Origin: Kiloniellales bacterium
GTDB taxonomy: Bacteria; Pseudomonadota; Alphaproteobacteria; Kiloniellales; JAKSDN01
Length of the DNA stretch: 64,000 nucleotides
Assembly: GCA_041617155.1 (NCBI GenBank)
Contig: JBFJPL010000010.1
Location: 197-64,196 of the forward strand
Direction of reading: 5' to 3'
Shown piece by piece: positions 38,466 to 47,568 of the stretch (positions are counted from its first letter, which is position 1; each line of letters begins with the position of its first letter). The translations under genes and the position numbers were made by a program. The notes beneath the pieces are model-generated. The model saw nothing but the letters and a program-made list of their open reading frames with translations, was not told where the DNA came from and searched no databases.

Positions 38466-38490
38466 CAAAGGTTATTGATAATGACCTTTG
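38466..38490. terminator. AT-rich hairpin between convergent mobA and the radical SAM gene
   Basis: CAAAGGT-tattgataatg-ACCTTTG sits in the 31-bp gap between the two stop codons. The stem is weak. Confidence 0.35.
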
Positions 38491-38493
38491 GTA

Positions 38494-40275
38494 TTAGGCA
38501 TGGGTCCGCTGGCCATGGCGTCGGCGCTCCTTCTCCGCTGCCGTCCTCGCCGCGGCGGTCGAGGTAAACAGGGCCAGTTCGGCTGCTTCATCGTCCGCCG
38601 CCGGCGCGAGTGACAGATCCATATAGTCCCAGCGCCGCGGATCACGCTCGATCCGTCGGCGAACCCGGTTCATCCGCCAGGCGAGCCGCGCGATGCGCGC
38701 ATGCTTGGCCACGAATTCGGCGGCGAAGCGCCGATAGAACGTCAGCCGGCCCTCGACCGGCAGCCCGGGACGCCGGTCGCGCCGGTACTTGCGCCGCAGG
38801 ATGCCACCCTCCAGCGGATGCACCTTTTCAAGGAAGATCAGGCCGCAGAACCACAACAGGTCGGCGAGGATCCAGGCCAGGCTGATGCCGCGGGCGGCCG
38901 CTCGGCGCATGACGGTTTCAATGTGCGCCGGCGTATAAAAGGTTTCCCACGCCAGGCGATTAGCGCGCTGCCACTCGTCCGCGCTCATCCGCGGGTGCCG
39001 CGTGGTGACGTGGTTGAGGTCGTAGTTGTTGAGATCGGGATCCATCCACCCGCCCGCGGCCGCCAAATCGCGGTGATCCGCGGATCCCGGCAGCGGGGTC
39101 AGATTGAAGAACTCGACCAGATCGAGCGGCAACTCGCGCTGGATGATCTTGATGTCACGCACTATGGTCTCGGCGCTGTCGCTTGGGAAACCGAGGATAT
39201 AGCCGGCATAGGTGCGGGCGCCGACGTCCTTCCACGCCTGCAGCATGACGCGATACTCGGTGATCCTGTTTTGCCGCTTGCGGGCACCGGCCAGGCTCTC
39301 GGGATTGATGTTTTCCAGACCAAGGAACACCCGGTCGACACCGGCCCGCGCCGCCTTTTGGACGAAGTTCGGGATGCGGTGGCACAGCGTATCGACCTGC
39401 ACGAGGAAGCGGATCGGGAGTCCTTCCCGCTCGCGCAGCTCGATCAACCGGTCGAAGATCGCCTCCCAGTTCTTGTTGCGCGCGAGGTTGTCGTCGGTGA
39501 TGAAGAACCGCTCGACCCCCTGGGCCAAATTTTCGCGCACGATCCGCTCGATCGCGTCGGCGTCGCGGAAACGCGACTTGCGGCCCTGCACATTGATGAT
39601 GGTGCAGAACGAGCACTGGAACGGACAACCGCGCCCGGCATCGAAGCTCGACTGCGCGCCGACGGTGCGCCGGATGCGGGCATAGGGCAGGAACGGCAGA
39701 GGGGCGCCCTGCAAGTCGGGGACCGCCGCAAGGTGGTCGTAGACCGGCTCAAGCGCGCTGCGATCGGCGTCGCGGAGCACTTGCTCCAGTCGCCCCTCCT
39801 CGGCCTCTCCCACAAACAGGGAAATGCCCAACTCTCGGGCCTCGCGCAGCTCGGGGGTCAGGTCGGGCAGCATCGCCAAGCAGCCGGATACGTGGAACCC
39901 GCCGATGCAGACCTGGACGCCGGCCTCGCGCAACGGTCTCGCGATATCCATGGCGCGGGGGAACTGGTTCGACTGCACGCCGACCAGCGCGACCAGTCCA
40001 CGTCCGCCGGCGCGCCGGATACGCCGGATGATCTTTTGCGGCTTGATGCGGACGTTGGTCTCGTCGAAGGCCGACAGCTCCAGATCCACGTCGTCGCCCA
40101 GCACCCCTCGCTCGCGGCAGTCGACCGCCAGCCCGTACACCGCAGCCAGCGAATTGGAGGGGATCCACGAGCGCACCCATTGGATGACATAGCCGTCATC
40201 GTCGTAGTGCGACGGTTTGATCATCACCAGGTGGAATGTCTTGCGATGTATGCGCCGAAAAACAGCCATCGCCAT
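38494..40275 (-). CDS. B12-binding-domain radical SAM protein, unknown substrate
   Basis: 593 aa. The N-terminal region is flavodoxin-like and B12-binding-like (LVALVGVQSNQF...CIGGFHVSG). The radical SAM cluster motif is CPFQCSFC. A long basic C-terminal extension follows. Confidence 0.9.
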   Translation of the reverse strand: MAMAVFRRIHRKTFHLVMIKPSHYDDDGYVIQWVRSWIPSNSLAAVYGLAVDCRERGVLGDDVDLELSAFDETNVRIKPQKIIRRIRRAGGRGLVALVGVQSNQFPRAMDIARPLREAGVQVCIGGFHVSGCLAMLPDLTPELREARELGISLFVGEAEEGRLEQVLRDADRSALEPVYDHLAAVPDLQGAPLPFLPYARIRRTVGAQSSFDAGRGCPFQCSFCTIINVQGRKSRFRDADAIERIVRENLAQGVERFFITDDNLARNKNWEAIFDRLIELREREGLPIRFLVQVDTLCHRIPNFVQKAARAGVDRVFLGLENINPESLAGARKRQNRITEYRVMLQAWKDVGARTYAGYILGFPSDSAETIVRDIKIIQRELPLDLVEFFNLTPLPGSADHRDLAAAGGWMDPDLNNYDLNHVTTRHPRMSADEWQRANRLAWETFYTPAHIETVMRRAAARGISLAWILADLLWFCGLIFLEKVHPLEGGILRRKYRRDRRPGLPVEGRLTFYRRFAAEFVAKHARIARLAWRMNRVRRRIERDPRRWDYMDLSLAPAADDEAAELALFTSTAAARTAAEKERRRHGQRTHA

Positions 40276-40483
40276 GTGCTCCCCTTGCAGCAGAATGCGA
40301 TATCGCTAAAAAATTTTCGCAGCTTTGTTCACGCGAGCCTCGATTTCGATCAGCTTATTGAGCGCAAATGGCGACTCACGGGACGTGACAATTTATATCC
40401 CAATCGGGTCAGCTGCGGAAGTGCCGTCCGGTCGTGACGAACGACCGCTTTTGCGGCACAGGCGGAACCTGTTGCGACCCTCA

Positions 40484-42121
40484 TCAGCGGCCGTTTGTGG
40501 CCCGCGCTCGGACGTTTGGGTTCGAGCGGTCGAACAGGCGCGCAAGATAGGCCTCGAGGGCCGCCGGGTCCGGTTTGCCTGCGCCGTAACCGATATAGCC
40601 GTCCGGCCGCACCAGGATCACGCTGGCACCCAGCCGATCGTGCAGCGCGCCCTGGGGATCGCTCAAACGAGTCGCGCGGTGCGCCGGCGGGGCTTGTGAG
40701 TTTCCTTCGAAAACCCACAAGACGGAAAGGTCGTAGCTCCAGAGGTCCGCCGCCGAAGCGGCGATCGCGGTGAGCGCCTCGAGCGCCCGCGGCGGGCTGT
40801 CCGCGCGCGGCAGCAGGAGCAAGCTGTGACGCTGGTGATCGAGCGCTTCATGGAGCCGCATTGCTGTGCCGTTGGCGGCGGCGAGGCCGGCATCCGGGAG
40901 CCTTTCGCCTGCGCCTCTGCCAGCGACGAACGCGCTCCGCCGATAGCGGATCGTGAGGTTGCCGATGGTGTTGGCGAAGCGGCGCCGCAGGCCCGGCTGG
41001 CCTGCCAGCCTCGGTATCAGGAAGCGACGCAGCCAGTGGCTGAATCTGCCCCGGCGACGGATCGAGCGGGTCGCGAGATCGGTCGCGCGCAGCACGCTGC
41101 GCGCGACCGGCAGCCGTTCGGCCTGGTAGCTGTCGAGCAGCGCCTCGCCGGCCTGGCCGCGCAGCACCAGCGCCAGCTTCCAGGCCAGGTTGACGGCGTC
41201 CTGGATACCGGTGTTCATGCCCTGTCCGCCGGCCGGGGAGTGGATGTGCGCTGCGTCGCCGGCGAGCAGCACGCGGCCCACCCGGTAGCGCTCCACCATG
41301 GGCCGGTGAATCCGGAACCCGGCCAGCCAGACCGGGTCGTGCAGGCGCGTGCCGGCCGGCGCGCCCTCCGCCAATAGCTGCCGGAAGAAGTCCAGGCTCG
41401 GCGCCTCGGCCGCCGCGCCGGGTTCCGGTTTGGGTAGGATGGTGATCACGCGCTGATAGCTGCCGGGCAGGGGGATGACGCCTAGCGGGCCGTCGCGCCG
41501 CAAGAACGCATGGGCCCAGTCGGCCGCCAGCGGCCAGTCAATGCGCAGGTCGGCGAGCCGGAAGTCGTCCTCGTAGGCCGCCCCCTCGAAGGCGAGGCCG
41601 AGCCCGTGGCGCACTGCCGAGTGGGCGCCGTCGCAGCCGATCAGCCAGCCGGCCCGCGAGGCCTCCTGGCTGCCGTCGGCCCGGCGCAGGCGCGCGCTCA
41701 CGCCGGTTGCGTCCTGGCTGAAGCCCAACAGCTCGACCGGACGCGCGACCACGACCCCGAGGCGCGCGAGCTGCTCGATCAGCAGGCGCTCGGTCTCGCT
41801 CTGCTCGAGCGAGAGAATGTAGTTGTGGCGGCTGTCCATGGATTCAAGCGAAAGCCGGGCCAGGGGCCGGCCGCCAGCGTGGACGGGGAGGCCGCGCACC
41901 AAGAGCCCCCGGCCCAGCATCGGCGCGGCGACACCGAGCGCCTCCAGCGCTTCGAGTGTTCGCGCGTGCACCGCCAAGGCCTTGGAATGCACGGAGGGCT
42001 CGGCGGCCTTGTCGACCACCCGGCAGCGCACGCCATGGCGCGCGAGCGCCAGGGCCATGATCAGGCCCGTCGGACCGGCCCCGGCCACCAGCACGTCAAG
42101 CTTATGGCCGGCCGTCGTCAC
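40484..42121 (-). CDS. FAD-dependent aromatic-ring-hydroxylase-like monooxygenase
   Basis: Lower part of ORF 40484..42505. GTG at 42121 overlaps the stop of the upstream lipoprotein gene (GTGA). Motifs DVLVAGAGPTGL, GCDGAHSAVR and GDAAHIHSPAGGQGMNTGIQDA are present, plus a C-terminal thioredoxin-like extension. Confidence 0.85.
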   Translation of the reverse strand: MTTAGHKLDVLVAGAGPTGLIMALALARHGVRCRVVDKAAEPSVHSKALAVHARTLEALEALGVAAPMLGRGLLVRGLPVHAGGRPLARLSLESMDSRHNYILSLEQSETERLLIEQLARLGVVVARPVELLGFSQDATGVSARLRRADGSQEASRAGWLIGCDGAHSAVRHGLGLAFEGAAYEDDFRLADLRIDWPLAADWAHAFLRRDGPLGVIPLPGSYQRVITILPKPEPGAAAEAPSLDFFRQLLAEGAPAGTRLHDPVWLAGFRIHRPMVERYRVGRVLLAGDAAHIHSPAGGQGMNTGIQDAVNLAWKLALVLRGQAGEALLDSYQAERLPVARSVLRATDLATRSIRRRGRFSHWLRRFLIPRLAGQPGLRRRFANTIGNLTIRYRRSAFVAGRGAGERLPDAGLAAANGTAMRLHEALDHQRHSLLLLPRADSPPRALEALTAIAASAADLWSYDLSVLWVFEGNSQAPPAHRATRLSDPQGALHDRLGASVILVRPDGYIGYGAGKPDPAALEAYLARLFDRSNPNVRARATNGR

Positions 42122-42474
42122 CGGTTGACGCCGAAGTCCCTGTCGAACTCGCAGAAGCTGCCGTGGCCCTCGGCGACGCGCCAGGTCGGGACGGTTTCGG
42201 TCAAGCGCATGGACTGACAGCCGTAGGCCCGGATCGCGGCGGCGTACGCGCCCTGGCGGGTGCCGTCGACGCCGCCGCGGGTCCGCACCCTGATGCCGGT
42301 GCGGGCCTCCGGCCGGCGGCTCACCGCATAGGTCACGCCCTTGACGGTGAACAGCAGGCTCGGCGACAGCTCGTTGCGCAAGGCCAGCCGCTGCTCGGCG
42401 AGATCGCGCGGCACGGGCGCGCAGCCGGCCAGCAGGCCGCCCAGCAGTAGGCAAATAACGGCTGGTTTGAGCAT
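42118..42474 (-). CDS. Small lipoprotein, unknown function
   Basis: Part of ORF 42118..42660. ATG at 42474 gives MLKPAVICLLLGGLLAGC, a lipobox. It is translationally coupled to the monooxygenase. Confidence 0.6.
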   Translation of the reverse strand: MLKPAVICLLLGGLLAGCAPVPRDLAEQRLALRNELSPSLLFTVKGVTYAVSRRPEARTGIRVRTRGGVDGTRQGAYAAAIRAYGCQSMRLTETVPTWRVAEGHGSFCEFDRDFGVNR

Positions 42475-42681
42475 GGCGTCCGCTACTCGAAAGCTGCGCC
42501 GGCACGGCGCCGACTTGGTCCCCGGGACTATATGAAGGCGGGTGCGCTTTGGCGAGGGGGCGGGGCGTCCGGGGCCGCCAAATACCGCTTCAATAGCCCA
42601 AACTACTAAATGGTCGGATTTATCTAATAATTTAGGTAAAACTTGGAACGTAAGTGGCAATTTTGTGGTATATTTACCGCT

Positions 42682-43554
42682 ATGGAGTTGTCGGAGAAAC
42701 TATTGAGCGGAAGTCCTGCGCGGCCGGACTATCTCGATCACTATCAGGAGCACGGCTATGCGGTCGTGCGCGGCGTTTTCCGGCCCGACGAGGTCGCGCA
42801 GCTGGCGGCGGCCTTCGACGAGATTTATCAGCAGGGCCTGGCCCACGGCGCCAGCTATCGCCATCAGAACACCCTCTTTCGGCTGGCGCGGGACCGCAAT
42901 CTGGGGCCGATCGTCCGCTTGGTCCAGTGGCCGGTCTATTTCGAGCCCGTGCTCGACCGCTTCCGGCTCGACCGCCGGCTGTTCGAGATCGTGGCGCCGC
43001 TGCTTGGCCCTGACCTGAAGCAGATCATCAACCAGCTGCACTGGAAGCCACCGGGCGCCGACGGGGTCGAATTCGGCTATCACCAGGACATCCGCTTTCG
43101 CCGGCCGCGCGCGGCCTACCGCCGGCCGGAAACCGCCTACGTACAGACTGGCATCGCGATCGATCCGCACCGCAAGGACAACGGCGCCATGACCCTGTTC
43201 CCCGGCAGCCACAGGCTGGGCGAGCTGGACTTCGCCGAGGGGCCGAAGGTCATGGACCGGCCGCTCGACGACGCGGACATCGTGCGCGCGGGCCTCGACC
43301 CCAAGGCGCGGATCGACCTGGAGCTGGAGCCGGGCGACGTCGCCCTGTGGAACCTTTTCACCGTGCACGGCTCGGGCCCAAACCGCTCGCGCGACGACCG
43401 CCGGCTCTACCTCAACGGCTATGTCACCGCGGCCCATTGCGACCGCGGCGAATGGGCCTTCAAGGAGGGCCGGCCCTGTCAACTGGGCGAGCCGGTCCTG
43501 GTCCACTACGAGGAACTCTTCACCCGCCCCGAGCCGCACTACCTCGAGGACTAA
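42682..43554 (+). CDS. Phytanoyl-CoA dioxygenase (PhyH) family protein
   Basis: Part of ORF 42643..43554 with ATG at 42682. Motifs YHQDIRF (HxD), AMTLFPGSH and FTVHGSGPN are present. Confidence 0.9.
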   Translation: MELSEKLLSGSPARPDYLDHYQEHGYAVVRGVFRPDEVAQLAAAFDEIYQQGLAHGASYRHQNTLFRLARDRNLGPIVRLVQWPVYFEPVLDRFRLDRRLFEIVAPLLGPDLKQIINQLHWKPPGADGVEFGYHQDIRFRRPRAAYRRPETAYVQTGIAIDPHRKDNGAMTLFPGSHRLGELDFAEGPKVMDRPLDDADIVRAGLDPKARIDLELEPGDVALWNLFTVHGSGPNRSRDDRRLYLNGYVTAAHCDRGEWAFKEGRPCQLGEPVLVHYEELFTRPEPHYLED

Positions 43555-43763
43555 AGCGGGATCGGGTTCCATGGAGTCGGCGGAGGTGCCCCCTCATCCT
43601 CCCACAGCGCTGCTGCGCTGCGGGCCCCCTGCCTCTCCCCGAGGAGAGGGAAGAGTAAGGCTCGCGTCGCGGCGTTCCCTCTCCTTGGACAGAGGGCTTG
43701 GCCTGCCAAGGGCGCGAAGCGCGGGGTGAGGGGGTGATCCCAACCAAACCGATCCCGCTTTAG
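43551..43763. mobile_element. MITE-like element with 15-bp terminal inverted repeats, carrying family 2 REP hairpins
   Basis: CTAAAGCGGGATCGG at 43551..43565 is the exact reverse complement of 43749..43763. The interior contains CCTCTCCCC-ga-GGAGAGGG and a segment homologous to 28008..28072. Confidence 0.6.
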
Positions 43764-45211
43764 GGTTTCTCCGATGGCGGCGTAAGCTGGCCGCGCCCAG
43801 CGGTGCTGGCGCGAAGGGCCTCGAATTGCTCCACCGTGATGGCCTCCGCGATCTCCGCGATGCGCTGCGTGAGGGCGTCACGCTCGGCGGCGGCCGGCGC
43901 GCCGGCGACACCGTCGCTCAGGGTCGACCAACGCGGATTGCCGCGCGCCTGCTTGATGAGCGGGCCGAAGCGCGCGGCGATGCCGGCGGGCTCGAGCGGC
44001 GCTTCGCGGATCGGGGTCTGCGCGCCGTGGCCGCGGCCCAAGAGGGCCGCCGCGAGAGAGGCGTTGCGCGCGATCAGGTGCATGAGGGTCGGCTCGGCCA
44101 CCCTCATGTCGGCGAACCCCCGGACAGACGAGATCAGATCGCCGCCGTAGCGACGGATGCCGTCGACGATGAAGCCGACCGTGGCGCCGGCGAGCGCGGC
44201 CGCGCCCAGGGTCAGGCCGCCGGTCATGAGATCGATCGCCAGGCCGGCCGTGGCGCCGGTGGCCAGCGCCTTCGCGGTGTTGATCGCGAAACGCTCCAGG
44301 ACCGCGGGATCGAAGAGGTCCTCCTGCCATTCGCCATGGGCGAAGGGCAGGTCTTCGGCCGCATAGTCGCGCTCGGCGAAGCGGTGCACGCGCAGCAGAG
44401 CGCTGACGGCGTCCCGTTCACGGCGCCGCACCGCGTCCTTGAGGGCGGCGGCGACGGCGGCCTCGGCGGCCTCGTCGCCCGCCGGATAGAGGCGGCGCGC
44501 TGCGGCCACGTCGACGATCAGCTCAGCCACGATCAAGGCGGCCGCCCGCTTCAGCGCCTTGCGGGCGGCGGTAAGCTCGGCCATCAGCGCCTCGAGCGCC
44601 GGCGCGAAACGGTCCGCCAGGGTCGCGATCTTGGCGTAGAGCGCCAGTTCGTCGGCCTCGCGATAGACGACGGTGTCGAAGGCGACGACGGCGTGCATGT
44701 TGACCCGAGCCAGCTGGTCCCGCCAGGCGGCCTCATGTGTGGCGCCGGGCGCCAGAAAGTTGAGCACGGCGACGACCGGGCGGGCGCAACGGCCGATCAG
44801 CTCCAGTTCGTCCCGGTGCTTGGCGCGCACCGGGTCGCGCACATCGACGACGTAGAGCAGCAGATCGGAGGCCAGGATCTGGTTGACCGCCTTCGCCTCC
44901 TGGCCGAAGCCGGCCTGAAGATCCGGCTCCCGCGCGAAGGCCTCGATCGTCTCGATCCAGTCCTCGCCTCTTTTCACCTTGAGGCGCTCGATATGGGCCA
45001 GCAGGCCGCTGGAGTCCTCGAAGCCGGGAGTGTCGTAGAGGTGCAGCACGGTGCGTCCGGCCACGGCGAGTTCGGCCAGCTCGACGTGGCGCGTCGTCGC
45101 CGGATGCGCGGAAATTTCGCCGAAGTCGCGCTGCCGGGTCAGGGTCCGCATCAGGCTGGTCTTGCCCGTATTGGTGTGGCCGATGACGGCGATCGCGGGA
45201 ACCTTCGTCAC
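43760..45211 (-). CDS. GTPase with DUF3482-like C-terminal membrane-associated region
   Basis: Lower part of the 912-aa ORF 43760..46498. GTG at 45211 overlaps the stop of the upstream gene (GTGA). G1 motif is VIGHTNTGKTS and G3 is DTPG. The C-terminal half has Gly/Ala-rich hydrophobic helices. Confidence 0.85.
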   Translation of the reverse strand: MTKVPAIAVIGHTNTGKTSLMRTLTRQRDFGEISAHPATTRHVELAELAVAGRTVLHLYDTPGFEDSSGLLAHIERLKVKRGEDWIETIEAFAREPDLQAGFGQEAKAVNQILASDLLLYVVDVRDPVRAKHRDELELIGRCARPVVAVLNFLAPGATHEAAWRDQLARVNMHAVVAFDTVVYREADELALYAKIATLADRFAPALEALMAELTAARKALKRAAALIVAELIVDVAAARRLYPAGDEAAEAAVAAALKDAVRRRERDAVSALLRVHRFAERDYAAEDLPFAHGEWQEDLFDPAVLERFAINTAKALATGATAGLAIDLMTGGLTLGAAALAGATVGFIVDGIRRYGGDLISSVRGFADMRVAEPTLMHLIARNASLAAALLGRGHGAQTPIREAPLEPAGIAARFGPLIKQARGNPRWSTLSDGVAGAPAAAERDALTQRIAEIAEAITVEQFEALRASTAGRGQLTPPSEKP

Positions 45212-46653
45212 GGGGCGGGCCCGAGCAGTCGTGCCAGGCGGTTCCGGCTGTCGTCCGCCCGCCGGTCGAGGTCGATGGCGACCATGTCGGCCGTGTCGAT
45301 GCCGGCGTTCCGGCCGGCCGCGACCCAGTCGGCGATGCGGGCCGCGGCGTCCTGCTCGGCCAGGCGTCGATGCAAGGCGGTCGCGCCAGTGAGCAACAGG
45401 ACGAGCCGCCCCTGGGCCGCGGCCCTTAGGGCTGCCAGCGCCGCGGTGACGCCGCGATCCGGCGTCTGGCGCAGGTCGACCACCGCGACCACCCGTGCCG
45501 GTTTCGCAGTCGCCTCGCCCAGCGCGGCGATCGCCTGCACCAGCTCGGCGCGGCCGTCGCGGCGGCCCAGGTCGCGCACCTGCTCGGGCGTGCCCGGCGG
45601 CGGCCAGCCCGTGGCCGGCTCGTCGATCTCCCAGCCGAGCAGATAGATGGGGCCCGCAGGCGGGCGTGGCGGCAAGACCTCGAGGTCGGGCACGGCCGTT
45701 GGAGGCGCGGCGCCCACTTCGTCGTTGTCGACCACCCGGGTCGCGTGGGCCAGGGGCGAGAGCTGCGCGGCGAGCTGGGCGTAGTAGGGCTGGCTGAGGT
45801 CGAGCGGGGCGGCGGCGATCCCGCGCCAGGCCAGCACCACGCTGGCCGCCAGCGCCAGGCCGCGCGGCACGAGGCCGTACAGCACCAGGACCGAGACCAG
45901 CAGCGACGACCACAGGACCTGGTCGCCGGTCGGCGCCGAGCCCGGCCATTTCGCGGCGAGCACCGCGGCTTGGTCCGGCACGGCGATGCCGAGGGCTGCG
46001 GGTAGCAACGCCAAGGCTTCGGTCAGCCAGGTATAGGCGGCGGCGTCGAGGATCGTGGTTTCCCAAACGAAGGTGTAGAGCTGTGCGCTGAGCAGGGCCA
46101 GCGTCATGGCCAGCGCGCCGAGCAGGTAGCCGAACCACAGTCCATGGCTCAGGCCCGAGGCCAACCAACGGCCCCCACGGCCGCTGGCCCAGCGCGTCGC
46201 CAGCGCCTGCGCGGCCGCCGTGCGATAGGCGCCGGCACCGAAACGCTCGGCGGATTGACGCCACAGCCAGAGTACCGCGCCGCCCAGAACGCCGCCCCTG
46301 GACCGGCGTGGCGCGGCGACCATCAGGACCAGCCAAAGCAGGAAACTCAGGATATGCAGGCCAAGCAGGCTGGCCAGCAGCCAGAAGAAATTGACCGTCG
46401 TGTCGTCGGCGCTCGCCAGCGCCGTGCGGGCGGTCGCGGCGCCCGCGGCCGCGGCGATCACGAAACCAGCCAAGCTCAAACCACGCAACACGGCCCAAAG
46501 GCGCGCGACCTCGCGGCCGAGATCGGGTGCCGCAGTCTGAACGCGGGCGCGGGCGACGACCTTGGCCTCGGTCGAGGCGACCGCCTGCCGGATCTTTTCG
46601 ACCGAGCCCGCCGCCGCAGCGCCGGGGCCATTGACGGTTTCATAGTACCGCAC
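45208..46653 (-). CDS. DUF2868-like multi-TM protein
   Basis: 481 aa (GTG start) with several TM helices. VNFFWLLASLLGLHILSFLLW resembles, from memory, the DUF2868 family that pairs with DUF3482 GTPases. Confidence 0.75.
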   Translation of the reverse strand: MRYYETVNGPGAAAAGSVEKIRQAVASTEAKVVARARVQTAAPDLGREVARLWAVLRGLSLAGFVIAAAAGAATARTALASADDTTVNFFWLLASLLGLHILSFLLWLVLMVAAPRRSRGGVLGGAVLWLWRQSAERFGAGAYRTAAAQALATRWASGRGGRWLASGLSHGLWFGYLLGALAMTLALLSAQLYTFVWETTILDAAAYTWLTEALALLPAALGIAVPDQAAVLAAKWPGSAPTGDQVLWSSLLVSVLVLYGLVPRGLALAASVVLAWRGIAAAPLDLSQPYYAQLAAQLSPLAHATRVVDNDEVGAAPPTAVPDLEVLPPRPPAGPIYLLGWEIDEPATGWPPPGTPEQVRDLGRRDGRAELVQAIAALGEATAKPARVVAVVDLRQTPDRGVTAALAALRAAAQGRLVLLLTGATALHRRLAEQDAAARIADWVAAGRNAGIDTADMVAIDLDRRADDSRNRLARLLGPAP

Positions 46654-46749
46654 CGCCTCCGCGAGCAGCCGATCCGCGGCGGACGGTGTGCCAGTGATCT
46701 TGCACGTGGTCTCGCCGATGATGGCCTCCCTCTCTGCCCGACCCGCGCT

Positions 46750-47568
46750 TCAGCCGCCGCCTGCGGCCACGATCTCGCGCACCAGGGCGAGGTCGGAGAC
46801 CTTGTCGACATCGACCGGCGCGGTCGGGAAGGGCATTTGCACCACCGTGGCCCGCACCTTGATGGCCGCCGAGGCACGTCGCATCGCGGCCGACAGGGTC
46901 AGGCGGCCGAGCAGGAACAGGACCAGCGAGACGACGCCGAAGCTGGCGATCATGCGCCAGGGCTTCTTGCGGTGGCTTTCCGCACGGGCCCAGAAGCGCA
47001 CCGCCTGGAGCCCGGCCGGCCTTGTTAACGCGAAGAGGTTGCAGCCGGAAAAGCGTCCGTCGCGGAACCTCAGGTAGGTGCGTTCGGCGCCGGGAAAGGC
47101 GCTCTCGATCACCGATTTCGCCGCCAGGGCGGCGACCACGTCGGCGCCGGTCGCCTGAGCCTCGGCCAAGAAGTGCTCGATCATCTGAACCGTCACGAGC
47201 GGGTTGTCCGCCGTGGTGACGAGCAGGGGGGTGGGGCTCGCCAGGGCCTCGGTCGCCGCCAGTACGCTGCGGCTCGGAGTCGCGCCGCTGGTCAGGACCC
47301 TGACCTTGCCGGCCGCGACCGTCGCGCTGACCGCCGAAAGCTCGGTCAGCAACTCGGGCGCCTCGATCGAGATCACGATGTCGCCCACCGAGGGGCTCGC
47401 CAGCAGCGTCTCCAGAACCCGCACGACCATCGGCACGCCGGCGATATCGACCAGGCACTTGTGGCTCTTGCCCTCACTCAGCGCGACCGGGTCCGAGGCC
47501 CCGCGCGAGCCGGCCAGGACCAGGGCGGTGAAGACCTGGCCACCGGGGCTGCCGTCCTCCTTGCTCAC
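46750..47568 (-). CDS. MobA-like NTP-transferase-fold protein with C-terminal TM helix
   Basis: 272 aa. The GTG start overlaps the stop of the upstream GNAT gene (GTGA). Motifs LVLAGSRGASDP and TTADNPL are present. The TM helix is MIASFGVVSLVLFLLG. Confidence 0.8.
   Translation of the reverse strand: MSKEDGSPGGQVFTALVLAGSRGASDPVALSEGKSHKCLVDIAGVPMVVRVLETLLASPSVGDIVISIEAPELLTELSAVSATVAAGKVRVLTSGATPSRSVLAATEALASPTPLLVTTADNPLVTVQMIEHFLAEAQATGADVVAALAAKSVIESAFPGAERTYLRFRDGRFSGCNLFALTRPAGLQAVRFWARAESHRKKPWRMIASFGVVSLVLFLLGRLTLSAAMRRASAAIKVRATVVQMPFPTAPVDVDKVSDLALVREIVAAGGG

Noticed and set aside
40276-40483. Possible cobalamin riboswitch upstream of the B12-binding radical SAM gene. A Moco/Tuco riboswitch upstream of tupB (28823..29000) and a glutamine riboswitch upstream of glsA (5700..6000) were considered as well.
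   Set aside because: Reading the leaders on the coding strand, I could find neither a B12-box-like core nor the conserved Moco or glnA motif segments. Only a short GCGATATCGC palindrome (40297..40306) is present. A covariance-model scan (Rfam) would be the decisive test.
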